Shown here piece by piece: positions 1-15,369 of a DNA stretch of 64,000 bases; positions within the stretch are counted from its first letter, which is position 1; the number at the start of each line of letters is the position of its first letter. Source of the stretch: Octopus sinensis (taxonomy: Eukaryota); assembly GCF_006345805.1 (NCBI RefSeq), contig NC_042999.1:18352001-18416000 (forward strand), given 5' to 3'. Below the pieces are notes generated by a model. It did not search any database. It was given only the letters and a program-made list of their open reading frames with translations, and had not been told where the DNA came from. A program made the position numbers and the translations under genes.

Positions 1-300
1 AGGATTAGCCCTGGTATTAACGGTAGAACTAGAAATATAGTTTTCAGGATAAGATGCATAAAATGTGCTTGTAAAGACATGAACATGACATACATAGGGG
101 AGATATCTAGAAGCTTTGCGGAACGACTAAATGTACATTTGTGACAATATTACGACGAAAACCAGTCCTCCATGCTCTACCAACATGACAAGAACCAACA
201 TGGAGGTAACCTGGGTTAACTTGACATCTGCAAATACCGGAGAACATCCTCATAAGTGGTACTCCCAAATACTAAATAGGAAATATACGTAATAGATATC
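1..300 (+). mobile_element. Penelope-like element (PLE) GIY-YIG endonuclease remnant
   Basis: Manual translation gives NIVFRIRC (from 34), then after a frameshift CKDMNMTYIGEISRSFAERLNVHL*...SSMLYQHDKNQH (YIG at 91). This matches the GIY-YIG pattern VYxIxC..C...YIGxTxRxLxxRxxEH. Disrupted by a stop and a frameshift. Confidence 0.75.
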
Positions 301-1423
301 AAACCCCCATAGCCGCGTACTGGTAGAGTAGTATAACTATTGTGCTGTTATGTAAATAGATGTATATGTGTGTGTGGGGGTGTATGTATATATGTATATG
401 TATATGTATATGCACAGTTTATCCCCTCAATTCTCATTACAATACTCAGTTTTGGGTTGAGTGCGTGGTATTATGTAAAGCACTAGTGCTTACATATTCA
501 CATATTCCCTTGCTAGAAAAATTGATTAGATGTTCCTGTTAACACTGAGCAACTACAAAATTCAATGTAGAACAACTCTCAAGCAACCACGCCAACTAAA
601 GTAGATCTCTCTTAATATATCAGTAAAAGTGGGCCCCCGACGTTCTTGCATAACATTATAAAGATAGAAATAGCTTTAACAGCAACTAAGTATGTTAACT
701 TCAGACTTTTGCACCTTTGTATAGGTGTGAGGGCGTAAATTTCTCGCCTTCCTTTCTATATTTACTTTTTCACACGATACAACCATGAATTTTGTCTTTC
801 AATTAAATATTGCCTGAAGTGGACTCGTCTATTTAAAACTTATGAGAAAACGACGAGATTGTGTCTCCAATGGCATTTCTGCCGTTACATTTGTTTGGCA
901 AATATTGTACAGGTGTTTATGCATGCTTGCGTATATCTTTGTAGGCGTAAAGTGAGAGAGACAGAGAGAAAAAAAAAGGAAGTACTGCCTTTGCTATGAC
1001 TGATATTGTTGCCAAATACGTAACTTGTTTTGTCAACAGAAAAAACAAGGTTATTGTTTTCGCTTCTGTTGCAAGATCTCTGGCTGTGCAATATCATTGT
1101 TCATTTGCTTGTGTTGAAACTTCCTGTGGTAGTCTTAGCTTTCTTCATTTTCAACTTCTTTGTATCATTTTCTTTTCTCTTTCAGTACATCGCGGCTACG
1201 TCTGCAAATATTTTGTATATTTTGTGTATAACAGATGTCAAACAAAATAAACACGACGATAGTGTATAAAACTGATTTCGGTATTGTTCCCAGCGTTAAG
1301 TACTGAAAATCGAAAAAAGCAAAGCTTAACGGCGTACATTACTCATTTATAAACTCAGCAATTTTTCGAATTTAAAAAATAAATAATAATTAACGAATAA
1401 CGGAATATTTGGTCAGGTTTGTT

Positions 1424-1650
1424 ACTCTTCACTCTTTTACTCTTTTACTTGTTTCAGTCATTTGACTGCGGCCATGCTGGAGCACCGCCTTTAGTCGAGC
1501 AAATCGACCCCGAGACTTATTCTTTCTAAGCCCAGTACTTATTCTATCGGTCTCTTTTGCCGAACCGCTAAGTGACGGGGACGTAAACACACCAGCATCG
1601 GTTGTCAAGCAATGCTAGGGGGACAAACACAGACACACAAACTCACACAC

Positions 1651-1693
<43 letters not shown>

Positions 1694-1860
1694 CATATAT
1701 ACGACAGGCTTCTTTCAGTTTCCGCCTACCAAATCCACTCACAAGGCATTAGTTGGCCCGGGGCTATAGCAGAAGACACTTGCCCAAGATGCCACGCAGT
1801 GGGACTGAACCCGGAACCATGTGGTTGGTTAGCAAGCTACTTACCACACAGCCACTCCTA
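1424..1860 (-). mobile_element. SINE family 1 (tRNA-like head, CORE-like segment, internal TA/TG microsatellite, (GAGTAAAA)n tail)
   Basis: Reverse complement begins AGGAGTGGCTGTGTGGTAAGTAGC and ends GGCGGTGCTCCAGCATGGCCGCAGTCAAATGACTGAAACAAGTAAAAGAG. About 10 homologous copies occur in the window. Confidence 0.9.
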
Positions 1861-2029
1861 TATAATAATAATTAAAATTATTTTCTGCAAACACGAAGTT
1901 GATGATGATGCTCGGTCACATTAATCTACAAGTATTGATATGAGTATAAGTGCAAAGTTTCTCATAGTATATATGAAGATATACACAGAAGTACCGTAAG
2001 GAAAGAGTTGGGGATATAATCTTATAGTC

Positions 2030-2320
2030 GTGATTCATATCGAGCCCTTCTGGGTATTAGCCAGCGTCTACGATGAGTCTACGATTTTAAAAATAATTTA
2101 CCATCATTATTTTCCATTTTAATGCATTTTTTCCCTATTATATAAGGGACGTAACTCTCTAAAAATGTCTACGATGAGTCAAAGATTTAAAAAAAAAATT
2201 ACCAGAATTTTGTTTCCATTTCTAATGCATTTTTTTGCTGTTTTTTTGCTATAACTCTCTAAAAGTGATTATACAGATATTTCCCTTACAAGCCCGCGCA
2301 ACGCCGGTCAATACTGCTAG
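2030..2320 (+). mobile_element. Non-autonomous Helitron-like element, 3' end
   Basis: Ends in GCCCGCGCAACGCCGG (GC-rich imperfect hairpin) followed about 10 nt later by CTAG|T at 2317-2321, the Helitron 3' signature. Contains an internal diverged ~95-bp tandem duplication. 5' end not defined. Confidence 0.6.
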
Positions 2321-2692
2321 TGGATTATAAAATTGGTAGAATTTAGACATCAGATATTAAAGGCAAATAGATTTTGGTTAACTACTGCAACAAACACCAA
2401 AGTTATTGTTATGAAGAGAAGAAATTATCCGTACAGCATTGCCGTATGGATTAATAGTACTTATATGCATATTTGTATAAAATGACTTTTCTTCATGTCA
2501 TTGATTTGAACACAAGTTTTGATATTTCCTGGGGTTAATTTTGTCTGATTCTAGGAAACTAAGAATATTTATAGGAATTCTATAAGATGCAGAGTTATAT
2601 GTATGTATGTACTTAGGTACATATGCAAGTATGTATGTATGCAAGTGAATATTTCTATGTATATATCTATGTAAGTATATACATATGTATGT

Positions 2693-2985
2693 AGGAGAGG
2701 CACGTGGCCTAGTCGTTAGAGCAGCGGACTCGCGGTCGAGGGATCGCGGGTTCGAATCTCAGACCGGGCGATGTGTGGATGTGTGCGTTTATGAGTGAAA
2801 CACCTTAAGCTCCACGCGGCTCCAGCAGAAGGTAATGGCGAGCTTCTGCTGACTCTTTCGCCACAATTTTCTCTCGCTCTTTCCTTCAGCATCTTGCAGC
2901 TGACCTGTGACGGACCGGCGTCAACGAAACCGGGAAACCGGCCCTTATGAGCCAGCCGTGGCTCGAGAAGAAACATACATTTATG
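2693..2985 (+). mobile_element. SINE family 3 (tRNA-derived head)
   Basis: A box TGGCCTAGTCG (2705) and B box GGTTCGAATC (2749). The tail GAAACCGGGAAACCGGCCCTTATGAGCC resembles that of the minus-strand element at 61392-61650. Confidence 0.75.
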
Positions 2986-5010
2986 TATGTACGTATGATA
3001 CTGGTACGTCTCTGCATCTGTGTGTGCATCTGTGCGTGAGTATAACATATATGTATATATATATGTATATATATATATACATATATGTTATACTCACGCA
3101 CAGATGCACACACAGATGCAGAGACAGTACCCGTATATATAATAAGAGAGAGAGAGAGAGAGGGGGGTACAGAAAGAAGATTCAGCATTAGAGATAACAA
3201 CTTAATTTAACACAGGTTATTTACACTAGATAATTCCAGTTTAATTAGAAAGAAAAATAATTACGATCATTATAATTAGTGACAAGTATCGATAAATTTC
3301 CACATAAGTATTATAGAATGATTCTACATAATTCTTAATCAGGTCAAACGATGCATGCGCAGTGTATATGCATCACCTAGTATACATAAAGTCACTCGAT
3401 GCTCTCACATCCCTTCCTGAGTTAATAATGAAAAATAGTGCCTCTTAGGGGTTAAGTGAGTTTCCACAGCTATATCATGTTAGAGTTCTAAAAGTTGTTA
3501 GCTCTAGGTTTTTGAAGCACTAGCATGATAATTTCCTAGTAGAATAACAATTAAATGACATGAGATACTCGTCCTGCCTTGGTTTTGTTTTCCATTTTCC
3601 TTTTTAAAGAATATGAAATACATATATAAAATATATGTATTTTAATGTATATGTAGAGGTATACATGGACTTATTTGTTTTGGACATCAAATTCCGTAAT
3701 TTTAAACTTTGTTGTAAATCTCTTTCGAAGATTCATGCAAAGTGGAGGATATATAGAAATGACCGTAGTAAAAAAGAATGATGAATAGTGACAGAAATTT
3801 GTTATATAAGTGTTGGTTATTGAAACGTTCTACAGACTTTGACAGGGAAAAGTTTATTTAAAGATATTAAAATCTTATAACTTCTGCATCACATGCGTTC
3901 TAACAAACACTACTATCGTTATATAATCAAAGGATGTTTCGACTAAACAGCTGAAAAAGAAAACACTGAATTCGTGTTCATATTCTAAATATCTTCCATG
4001 ATTATATATGCATGTATGTATTTCCCTCCCTTTCTCGCTCTCACTGGCTCTCTCTCTGTCTCTCTAATAGGCATGTATATATGTGTTCATGCCCGCGTAC
4101 GTGTGTGTGTGCGTGTGTGTGCGCATATGTCTAAGAATTTATTTTACCAAAATTAAAAAAGTTCCAATGCATTATTAAATGTTTTGATAACTTCAGGATT
4201 TCAAATGGAAGCATGCTCAAAATATTGGATAAAATGTTGGTTTACGTTTAGTAAATGTTTTTATTCAGAAAGGAAATTTTAATGAAAATATATCTATTTT
4301 CAATTCCGAACCACGGGAACATATTTATAAACGTATAACAGATATATACACTCCCATATATATGAGTATGAGTGTATGCGTTTGTAGGTGTGTGTAAACA
4401 CAAACATTCATGCAAACACACACACCCTTATATATATATATAATAACTGACAAAGAAAGTGTACGTTGTAGGAGCCTCATACGTCGAAACCGACGGGAAG
4501 TCCATCATATATATGTATATATGTACATATGAAACATGCTCATTAAACCTATACTGTGTCAATGGTTTTTCATGAATCAGTGTTAGCTTTCCTGGTAATA
4601 TGCAGATTCAACTACGATGTTTGTTTTGCAACTGCATCGAAATTTCTCGTCTAATGTAAATACTACACGAATACATCATTCCACTGTCAAACATTATATA
4701 TAAGAGAGGCACTGATACATCCACGCACGCAAACGCGCGGGCACACAGGCAAACACAAGGCTACACGTGTGTATGCATGTTTTCGCGAAAGAGAAACACA
4801 AAATCAGCAATAGTAGGCTATCTAGCTTTCCTCTGACGCTCCCAAGTATCGTCTTGTATATGGAGACTCGATTTCATTCGGAGTCACTTGATGTCACATA
4901 ATTTAGTCAGCAATATGTCACATCTGCGTTGAAAACATGACTCATTTTCTTGGCAATATACTATCAGCTGCAAATAGACTGTTTTGAAGTCCGACGAATT
5001 CATGTGAAAC

Positions 5011-5580
5011 TATTGGGTTGTCCGAAAAGTTCGTGACGATTTTTAAAGGAAAGAAAACGATCTATAAATACTTGTCATTACATTTTTAATCAACCAAATA
5101 TGAACCATTTTGTTGCACAATGCGTATCCATCTTCCCTTTAACTTGAAAATACCCTCTTCCCAGAAGTGAAGTGGTTTTATGTCAACGAATTCATCAAGG
5201 TATCTTTTTACGTCATCCAAGGAATTGAAATTTTTACCATTAAGACTATTCTGCAGAGACCTGAATAAGTGGAAGTCCGAAGGAGCAATATCTGGTGCAT
5301 ATGGAGGGTGGGGTAACTCAATCCAGCCGAGGTGCAGCAATTTTTGTCTGGTTCCCAAAGCATCAAGTGGCGAAAAGGAACTTTCTTATCTTCCATTTTA
5401 AAGGGTTACAAAATTAACATAGGTTATAGGAATATAAATCTTCTTCCACGAAATGATAGCTTAAAATGTGCTCTAAATGGAGGTGTACTCAAATCCTATT
5501 TTACGGACTCAACCATGTTCTAAAATACGTCGAAAGATAAGCTGCTATAAATCGGCACGAACTTTCCAGACAACCCAATA
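5011..5580 (-). mobile_element. Mariner (Tc1/mariner) internally deleted element with both TIRs and transposase C-terminus
   Basis: TIRs TTGGGTTGTCCGAAAAGTTCGTG and CACGAACTTTCCAGACAACCCAA are flanked by TA at 5011-5012 and 5579-5580. ORF 5086-5358 has HPPYAPDIAPSDFHLFRSLQNSL, the mariner YSPDLAPSD motif. Confidence 0.95.
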
Positions 5581-6037
5581 TATCCAATTGAGTAAATAAT
5601 TCTACATAAATATTCTACCGTTTCAAAAATATTTATGGGTGGTTTGAACCGTATGCAATCTCAAGTATAGTACCATGTAAAAAACTTGCATCTTTAGAAG
5701 ACTGTTTTAGATGTATGCATGATATGTGATTGAATCTGCGATGTTGTAGCATGATTATCAATAACATTTCAGAAGATATATTTATCGATTAATGTATCTG
5801 TCGTTCGGTTTCGCCGCCAAAATTAAGGATGCATTACAATGTAGTAAAATTTTCCGCCTCATAAGAAGGAGGAATTATCAGATGTCTCAATCAAGTAATG
5901 CGACAGTTCATTAGTTGACGAAACTTTTCTAGACATTTGTATGGTACGAATCGAGAATGTGTGGAGACAATAGGGAAGTGAAAAAGTGTTGGTAGTTTGT
6001 GCGTGATGGAGATAGATAGAGAGGGATAGAGAAAGGG

Positions 6038-6082
<45 letters not shown>

Positions 6083-7035
6083 GTGTGTGTGTTAGTTGAA
6101 GTAAATTGAAAAAGTCTGAGACTGAACTGAGAAAAGGATTTCATTATTTTCTATCTATATATGTGTATGTTTGTACATATGTATATGCATGTATTTGTGT
6201 GAATTTTTAGAGGCTTAGTTAGAGAGGGAAAGAAGAAATAAAATGGACAGAGAGAAACGATACTGATGCAGTTACATAGCTCCAAAATGAAAAGTTAGCT
6301 TCATGAAACCCTTATGCGAAAGAGTAAATGTGATCCAATTGATCTTCAAACACATCTCACGATCGCAAAGTATTCAACAGAGGACAATTCCGAATTCTCC
6401 GCGAAGAACGGTAGGATTAATAGACGTTCACTATGTAAAATCAACGACTTGACATTCTTCGACGACGATTTCCATATAAAACTTAAAAGTGAACTGTCCT
6501 TCCAAGTAAATGCTGATACCTTCCCCTATTGCAAAGGAAATTAATTTAGGAAAGCCAACAATTCCTTTTGCAAGCATAAAATAATCCACAAACAACACTT
6601 CAGACAAAAACAGAAAGACGCAGGGTTCTGCTGAGGAAGAATCTGAAAATATTTACAAACAAAAGCTACAAAATTCTGTCCCTACTACAAACGCCAAAGA
6701 CATGATCTAAAAGCACAGGAAAGCAATGGAACTACATTTTATCAAAAACCTATTACTTAAATTAAAGACATAAGTAAAACAAAAAACATTTACGATCACA
6801 TAAGGAGGAGGAGGAGGAGGAGGAGTAGAACGACGGGGAGGCTGACGATTAGGATGTACATTCGCGTATATATTCAGAATTATGTATGTTAAGCTTTTAT
6901 TTACTTGCATTTATATGTCTATAAAAATCATATATAGTGTATGTGTATGAGAATATATAGAAAACTACACGCATATATATGTGTATATATATATATACAC
7001 TTTATTTTAAAAAACTGTTTTGCTAAAACTGTTTT

Positions 7036-7088
7036 AACAAAACTGTCCGACGAACGGGAACGTGAAACTCCGAGTAACAGTTTTTGTT
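7036..7088 (+). ncRNA. Minimal type I hammerhead-like fold with variant core CCGACGA (family B, copy 1)
   Basis: AACAAAACTGT-CCGACGA-ACG(GGAA)CGT-GAAA-CTC(C)GAG-TA-ACAGTTTTTGTT. Stems I, II and III all pair, the triplet is GUA, and U4 is replaced by C. It sits in a repeat (7020-7185) also found at 10284-10530 and 19605-19680. Confidence 0.6.
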
Positions 7089-7184
7089 AGATTTCTGCTG
7101 CTTTTGAATAAAGCATATTACTCTACGTAAGTTATTTGAGTACTCTTTTTTCCACCTTGTTTCATATTTATGTGTTTACTCCGG

Positions 7185-7264
<80 letters not shown>

Positions 7265-8156
7265 GTACATAAACACACGTATAGTTAAATACACATATAT
7301 TTACACAGATATAAATGTATATATGCATTCCAACACGACGATTCTTTTTCAGCTATTTATTTGAAATGGCAGAAATATTAAAAATTGTAAATTGGATTTG
7401 TCACAGCGAGGAAATGGGAATTGGAAATGTTGATTTTTAGAAATAATATTTTAACCGTTTAAGACTTATGTTCTCTCTCATCATTTCGTATGTTTCTAAA
7501 ATGAACACTTGCCAGTCTTTTACGTTAAATTTCATATTATATTGTTCCTCCGTTTTTCTTTTACATACCGGGATTTCTTATCTTGTTAAAATATATTTTC
7601 TTTTACTGTACTGGTATCATTTTATTTAAATGTCTTGGCGATTATATTTGTAAGTATTTTTACGCTATGGTATTTCTGTTTTCTTTGCAGAAGATCAACT
7701 GCAGGTGTGTCTGTCCTCATTTAAGAACACTAGACGTTCTGACATTAATATGTCGCACTGATTTTGTAGACATGTCAAAATAAAAAGAAATAAGTAAGCT
7801 CGCTTTATAATACATTTACATTTTTTTCAAAAGTAACATTATCTTGCAAAGCTACAACACGTTCATTATTTACCTAAAGATCACAGAGAGAAATAAATCT
7901 AATACTACATATCGTCTAAAGGGTAAGATGTCTGAGAGTACCGGAGGATACTAAAATCAATAATTCAAGAAGAAAAAGATGCATCGTGCTGTTATATTTC
8001 TTTAACTATTTTTTTTTACTTCATGAAGAGAATGGTTGCCGTCTCGGATATTCAACTGAAAATAGTATTTCTGTAAAAAGTACTTCTGCCAAATTATGCA
8101 TATATTATTTACCCCCGGATGTATAAACATATATATATGTATATATATATATTATA

Positions 8157-8235
<79 letters not shown>

Positions 8236-8407
8236 TGTGTGTGTGTTTGTGTGTGTGGAGAGAGAGAGAGAGACAGGTGTTCTCTATATAGAACTATATA
8301 GAATACATTTGGAAGTGCTCAAAAGATTTGAATTTGAGTCGGGAGATGAGTAAATGTAATGAGAAGCAAGTTAGGCAAGTCGATTTACACAGAATATTAA
8401 ATATTAA

Positions 8408-8811
8408 GGCGCAGGAGTGGCTGTGTGGTACGTAACTTGCTTACGAACCACATGGTTCGGGGTTCATTCCCACTGCGTGGAACTTTGGGCGAGTGTCTTC
8501 TACTATAGCCTCGGGCCGAGAAATGCATTGAGATTGTTAGATGGAAACTGAATGTAACCCGTCGTATATATGTATATATATGTACGTGTGTGTATATGTT
8601 TGTGTGTCTGCTGTGTCTGTCCCCCCAACATCCCTTGACAACCGATGGTGGTGTGTTTATGTCCCCGTAAGTTAGCGGTTCGGCAAAAGAGACCGATAGA
8701 ATAAGTACTAGGCTTCCAAAAAATAAATCCTGGGGTCGATTTGCTCGATTAAATGTGGTGCTCCAACATGGCCGCAGTTAAATGACTGAAAGAAGTAAAA
8801 GAGTAAAAGAG
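8408..8811 (+). mobile_element. SINE family 1
   Basis: Full-length homology to the 1424-1860 copy, with head GGCGCAGGAGTGGCTGTGTGG and AAAAGAGT tail. Confidence 0.9.
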
Positions 8812-9789
8812 AGAGAGAGGGAGAGAGAGTACGTTAAACAGAAAAAATGTATACATATAAAATAGTCCAACTTACAGAATATGAATCATATCAGGAGTTA
8901 AATCGCTAAATTTTCAAGAGTCCAAGAGGTGTTTCTGGGGGATTGGTGGTCCAGAATTGTGATAATTACTTAGATTCATTGTCAGATAACACCGCCTCCT
9001 TCAGGGAGAATTTTGTATTTGAGGGGTCGACAGGATGGCTAATATCGAACAATGAGTATGATTGCTCAATATCACATTGGTGTTTTAATCCAAGATGGGG
9101 GCAACTCCAAACGTCCCATTTGGCATGCTTGATAATTGCCGAAATTTCTCTCGTCATGAAGCACACAAATAAAATAAACACACACGCAAACACATACACA
9201 GACATACATATACAAACACTAACACACAAATGCCACTTGTGAAACATCACGATACTCAACCCTATCGTTGACATGCTACGTATATTTTTGGACACAGATG
9301 CGGAAAGGGTTCCGTTGCTATGTTTTGATCGTAATTCTCTAATATATTATATAGTGATCTATTAGAGAAGTAAAGCCTATTTTATTATACAGATATAATA
9401 CAGGTAAAGTTGATAGTTAATAATTATTCATCGATATTCGCATTAAACTTGTATCAGGTTGCAATGAATGGGCACATACTGGTTTCAGATTTAATCGTAG
9501 TAACAAAGTAAGGGTGTAAATACCTTTAACATTCTTCTATATTCGTCTGCCTACACTTTTATATCTAATGAATGAATAATATATTTTTACAACATAAGGA
9601 ATCGGCAGAATTTATAGATGAAAGAATAAAAACTTGGCATCGTTCTCATGTTCAGCTACTAGCTTTGTCTTTAATCCATTGCGTTTCGAGAAACATCTGT
9701 TGAATAAATCATTTTATGTTTTAAATATGTTTTCTCAAGGATAGCAAGGAGAGAATAGGTTCGAGAACATTGGATCTGGTGCAGCACTT

Positions 9790-9920
9790 GACTGGGACAT
9801 TTCTATCGTCCTGAAATTATGAAAGGCAAAGTCAACTGGACGAAATTCGAACTCAGAAATCAAATAGTCAGAAGAAACACAGCTAAGCATCCAGGCCCAC
9901 GGGTTAACGATTCTGCCAGG
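9790..9920 (-). mobile_element. SINE family 2 fragment (degenerate)
   Basis: ATGAAAGGCAAAGTCAAC...GAACTCAGAA matches the reverse complement of family 2 (see 50186-50397). Confidence 0.6.
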
Positions 9921-10223
9921 CCAACGCTTGACAATAGGAAGACAAATACAATACAAATAAACAAAACTAGTTATTCCTTAACAAACAGACACATTTGCAA
10001 ACGACGTTTCACTGGAGTTCTTCTGAAAGTGCCTTGCCGTTTTTTGGATTTCCATCGTACTAAGACAGAATATTGAGAAAGATTTACCCATGTGTTTCGC
10101 TTGCAATTAACAGTCTTTAGCCAAATTTAAATATCTATAACCAAAACGTTACACACACACGCACACACACAAACATACGCACTCACACGCAAACACACAC
10201 ACACATATATATATATATACATA

Positions 10224-10277
<54 letters not shown>

Positions 10278-10283
10278 TATATA

Positions 10284-10455
10284 CTTTATTTAAAGCAGCA
10301 GAAAATTCAACAAAACCTGTTACTCTGAGTTTCCCGTTGCCGTTCGTCGGACAGTTTTCGCTAGAATGGAACCGATAGCAAAAACTGTCCGACGAACGGC
10401 AACGGGAAACTCAGTGTAACAGGTTTTGTTGAATTTTCTGCTGCTTTAAATAAAG
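10284..10455. repeat. Inverted repeat (75-bp arms, 1 mismatch) of family-B pLTR-like sequence, each arm carrying a hammerhead-like fold
   Basis: Arms 10284-10358 and 10381-10455 are reverse complements except for one base (CTCAGAG vs CTCAGTG). GCTA/TAGC extends the stem, leaving a 12-nt loop. Flanked by (TA)n on the left and, after a further ~70 bp of the same repeat, on the right. Confidence 0.9.
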
Positions 10456-10526
10456 CATATTACTCTACCACTGGTATTTGAGTACTCTTTTTTCCACCTT
10501 GTTTCACATTTACGTGTTTACTCCGG

Positions 10527-10586
<60 letters not shown>

Positions 10587-10989
10587 CTACAGCTTGCATA
10601 GCTGCATATCGATTAGTATATTATTCTAACCTTCAAAATGTTAAAGCCAACGAAACCTGGAATGTATGCGCAAATACAAGAAGAATTCTATTGAAGAAGA
10701 TATGAGAAGGCGTAGCATAACGATAAACACACTCATCCTTTAATCTGTTCCTGGAACATTCACTTTCAATTACTCAACGTATTTACACTTGATCGATATT
10801 ATTATTCAGCAAGGACACTAATGTGGGAATGTGCTTGATTTTTGTACACACAGCGTCTCCGATGAGAACTTCTATAGCGAGAGCTTTTTTTTAAACATTT
10901 TTCTATATTCTGTGTAGCGTCAATACCTTTCTGTGTGTGTGTGAATGTGTGTGTTTTGTAGAATAATAGATATTGTTACAGGGTGACAC

Positions 10990-11560
10990 ATAAGGGAGAT
11001 TGTCTCCCTTATAAGTTCGCAGTACCACCGTCCAGTTTCTGTATGTGAGGAGGAGATAACTGCACCAAAATGATCGCATCTCACAGTTTCGATATGTGCC
11101 GCTTTGGGTGAGCTTCTTTCGGTGTACATGCGTCATATATCTACGGAGAGAAATATTTTTTTCTGACAGAAAAATATTAATGACTTGTTTCCTAGTCCGA
11201 ACTTGCTTCTATCATATTCGAACTGGTAATAACATAGCATTTATCCTTATCTCTGCTTCGCGATCTCATCCCGTAATTTAATTACAATGTACTGTCAGTT
11301 TGCTCTACCAGCTGACTTATGTTGAGTAGAAAACATAAGAGAGATTGCCTCTCTTATCAGCTCGCGGCGCTACCGTTTCTATGACTAGAGATGAGTTAAC
11401 TACTCCAAAATGATTGCACCTCAAAGTCTGGCTAGGTAGCATATTTACACCCTATATCTACAGTAAGAAATGGTCCCCATGACAAATCATATTGAATGAC
11501 TCGCTTCCGAGTCTTAACGGGTGTTTAGCATATTCGAACGTGTAATAATATTGCATTGAT
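10990..11560 (-). pseudogene. Pair of diverged tandem ~230-280-bp segments with decayed protein-like conservation
   Basis: Copy A 10990-11270 and copy B 11332-11560. Minus-strand translations share YYxFEY..LG..S, FL(S/T)VDI, RCxHFGxV.SS and ELIRE(T/A)ISLM, with stops and frameshifts. Family not identified. Confidence 0.4.
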
Positions 11561-12486
11561 ATATATTGGTTCCATCTAAATCTTTTGATAGTGTGTCCAC
11601 AAATCAGGTTACCTTCTGGCTCCAGTGGGAGACAATTGAAGTAGTTCCTCTACGATACATCACAAAACAGCCATTACGCTGAGGATACGCCAAGTGCAGT
11701 GTCGATGCTTAAAACTTTAATTGTCAGTTTCCTGCATTATTGTGCGTCTATTAGCGCCAGAGTTACATTACTGGAAGCAGAGTGTATACATATTTTTAGG
11801 TGCAATATTACTATATTATTTTAGGATTTCATGATTGTTTTAGTATAAAACAAAGTGATACATCACTGATATGGAAACTAATATTTCATGGATGTTATTA
11901 ATCCGTAGACAATTTTTACGAAAAAACAGTGATTTCATTTGTGAAGACAGAAAACAAAACATGCTACAGAATATATATTTTGTTATATAGAGAGAGATGC
12001 TGCACTGTATGAAGGCAACAGGTAATTCACAATGCAAATATTGGTAACGTAACACTTGAAGTAAGTGAAAATCGATTTGTTGATGGGGGCACACAAATAT
12101 ATATTTTCACTATGTTGTGTATGAAATAATATATATTTATAATTACATTACATATTGACAAATTATACTGAATATGTAATAAATAATATAACATGGTACA
12201 TTACTCTAAGTATAGTTTCAAATGTTTTTACAAATACAAGTTTAAGTGAAAAATATTTACAGTCGAAACCGGTATGTATTATATGCAACACGACATGTCT
12301 TTTTAAATGCTTTAACTGTAGATTAGACTTGATAGTATTTCTTTTTGCAGAACTTTTACAAGACACTATCTATTTAGCATTTGCAAATATGAACGTTTCT
12401 ATAACTTCCACCCTCTCTAGCCTTCTCTCTCACTCTCATTATACGTACACTTATACATATGGGTGTGTGTGTGACTGAGTATGTGT

Positions 12487-12990
<504 letters not shown>

Positions 12991-13519
12991 CATACAATAT
13001 CTGAATTAGGCTGTGTAATTCTCATTGCCAAATCTATGCGTTACGTTGTAACAGATCATCTATTTGATTTGCATTTTTTTTTCCTCAAAGTTCGTATCTG
13101 TGTGAAAATATCTGTCTGTTCTTTTCTTGCGAGTAAGATTGAAGCGATAGTGGATTAATGAACAGTAGAAGAAATACTAAACTATTCACCATCTGTAGTA
13201 AACAAACGAGAAATCAGATTTGATTTTAAAATCCTGTAGTAATTCAACGAACATTTCTCCCCCGACCTCGCATCATCTCTAACTCTATCTCTCACGATGC
13301 GACTCTATCTAACATAATGTCTCAGTTTCAATCTTTGATAAGTTCACGCTGAGTTGACATTAATAAGATTAAAATTCATCTAAACCAAAATAAGATGACG
13401 GTTTGGAATTTCTGAAAAGCATTCTTTCAAAGGTCTTCTTTCGAAAGCATGGAATATGTGACTTACATATCCTTAATAATACTAATGCTCATACTATAGA
13501 CAACTTATCGTATCTTCTT

Positions 13520-13617
13520 CTACACTACTACTAATATTACTACTACTACTACTACTACAACTACTACTACTACTACTACTTCTTCTTCTTCTTCTTCTTC
13601 TTCTAGTAATACTACTA

Positions 13618-13658
<41 letters not shown>

Positions 13659-13750
13659 GCTGCTGCTACTACTACTACTACGACTACTACGACTACTGCG
13701 ACTACTACTGCCACTACCACCGCTACGCTACTACTACTAATACTTTCTGC

Positions 13751-13781
<31 letters not shown>

Positions 13782-14130
13782 GCTACTACTACAACTACTA
13801 CTACTAATATTGATAATGACGATCATTATGATGAAGATAGTAGTAGTTGTAGTAGCAGCAGTGGTAGTAATATCAGTAGTAGTAGTAGTAGTAGTAATGA
13901 TCAAGACGACGGCGAGGACGACGACGATGATGATGATCATGAGGATGGTGATGAAGATGGTTAATATTACGTTGAGCTGCTTATGACGATGAAGGTGAGG
14001 ACTGGGATAACAACGACGACGTTGATGACGTTCATAATGGCCATTCGTTATTATTATAATTATCATTAGAGTGGTGTTGGCTGATATGTTGTTCCTGGTT
14101 ATGATGACGAGGATGATGATGACGACAAGG
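13520..14130. repeat. Compound trinucleotide tract (CTA)n,(CTT)n,(TAG)n,(GAT/GAC)n
   Basis: Directly visible; source of the poly-V, poly-S and poly-T ORFs. Confidence 0.95.
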
Positions 14131-14454
14131 GGGGGAGGAGAAAATTAAACGACGATGATTGCAATAATGAATTCTATAAAAAAGTATAGAGCAACAACAA
14201 TAATGATAATGCCAGTTGCACTGAAATATCTGTACTTAAAATATGATACGTTTGTACTTAAAATATTATATATGATCCGTAACGGATCAATAACGCCAGC
14301 TTTCTGAAATTACGAAGTAAAGTTATTTGGAAGTAAGATAAACGCATCTCAATTTTCTTTTCCAAACTCTTAGCGTTTCTTGGCAATAAGCTAATACCTT
14401 CTCTATAAATATACATATGGCTGGGTATGTATGGATTTGTGTGTTAAAGTGTGT

Positions 14455-14920
<466 letters not shown>

Positions 14921-15369
14921 GTGCGTGTGTGCACATATATATATGTGTGTAAATATATCAGATTCTACGTGTATTTGCAAATAGAAGAGCAAGTGAGACA
15001 GATTCGTAGAATATTTCTTGTCGATGTGACGCTTTGCATTATGCTTGTGCACTAGATGAACTACAGCTTAGCTGTAAACAATGAATCGAAAAGTATTTGA
15101 GTATATGAAAGAAACATAATTCAGTATTCATACACACACCCATACAGACGCTCACATGCACTTGCGCACGCACGCATACAAACTCACAAACATATATAAC
15201 TGAAAGGGACTAATGAAAATAACACAAATAAGCTGATGAAAGTAACATGCAGTTCTACTCTCCGCTAGCGGTACACAAACAGGGTACCTCCGCCACATTG
15301 TGTCAAATCAATGGCGGCACTTTCGAGAATCCAGTGCCACTACAGAAATAAGATTTGTCTCGGTGAACA

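Noticed and set aside
7691-7800. Possible small exon after TTTCTTTGCAG
   Set aside because: Short, stops in the plausible frames and no recognisable product.
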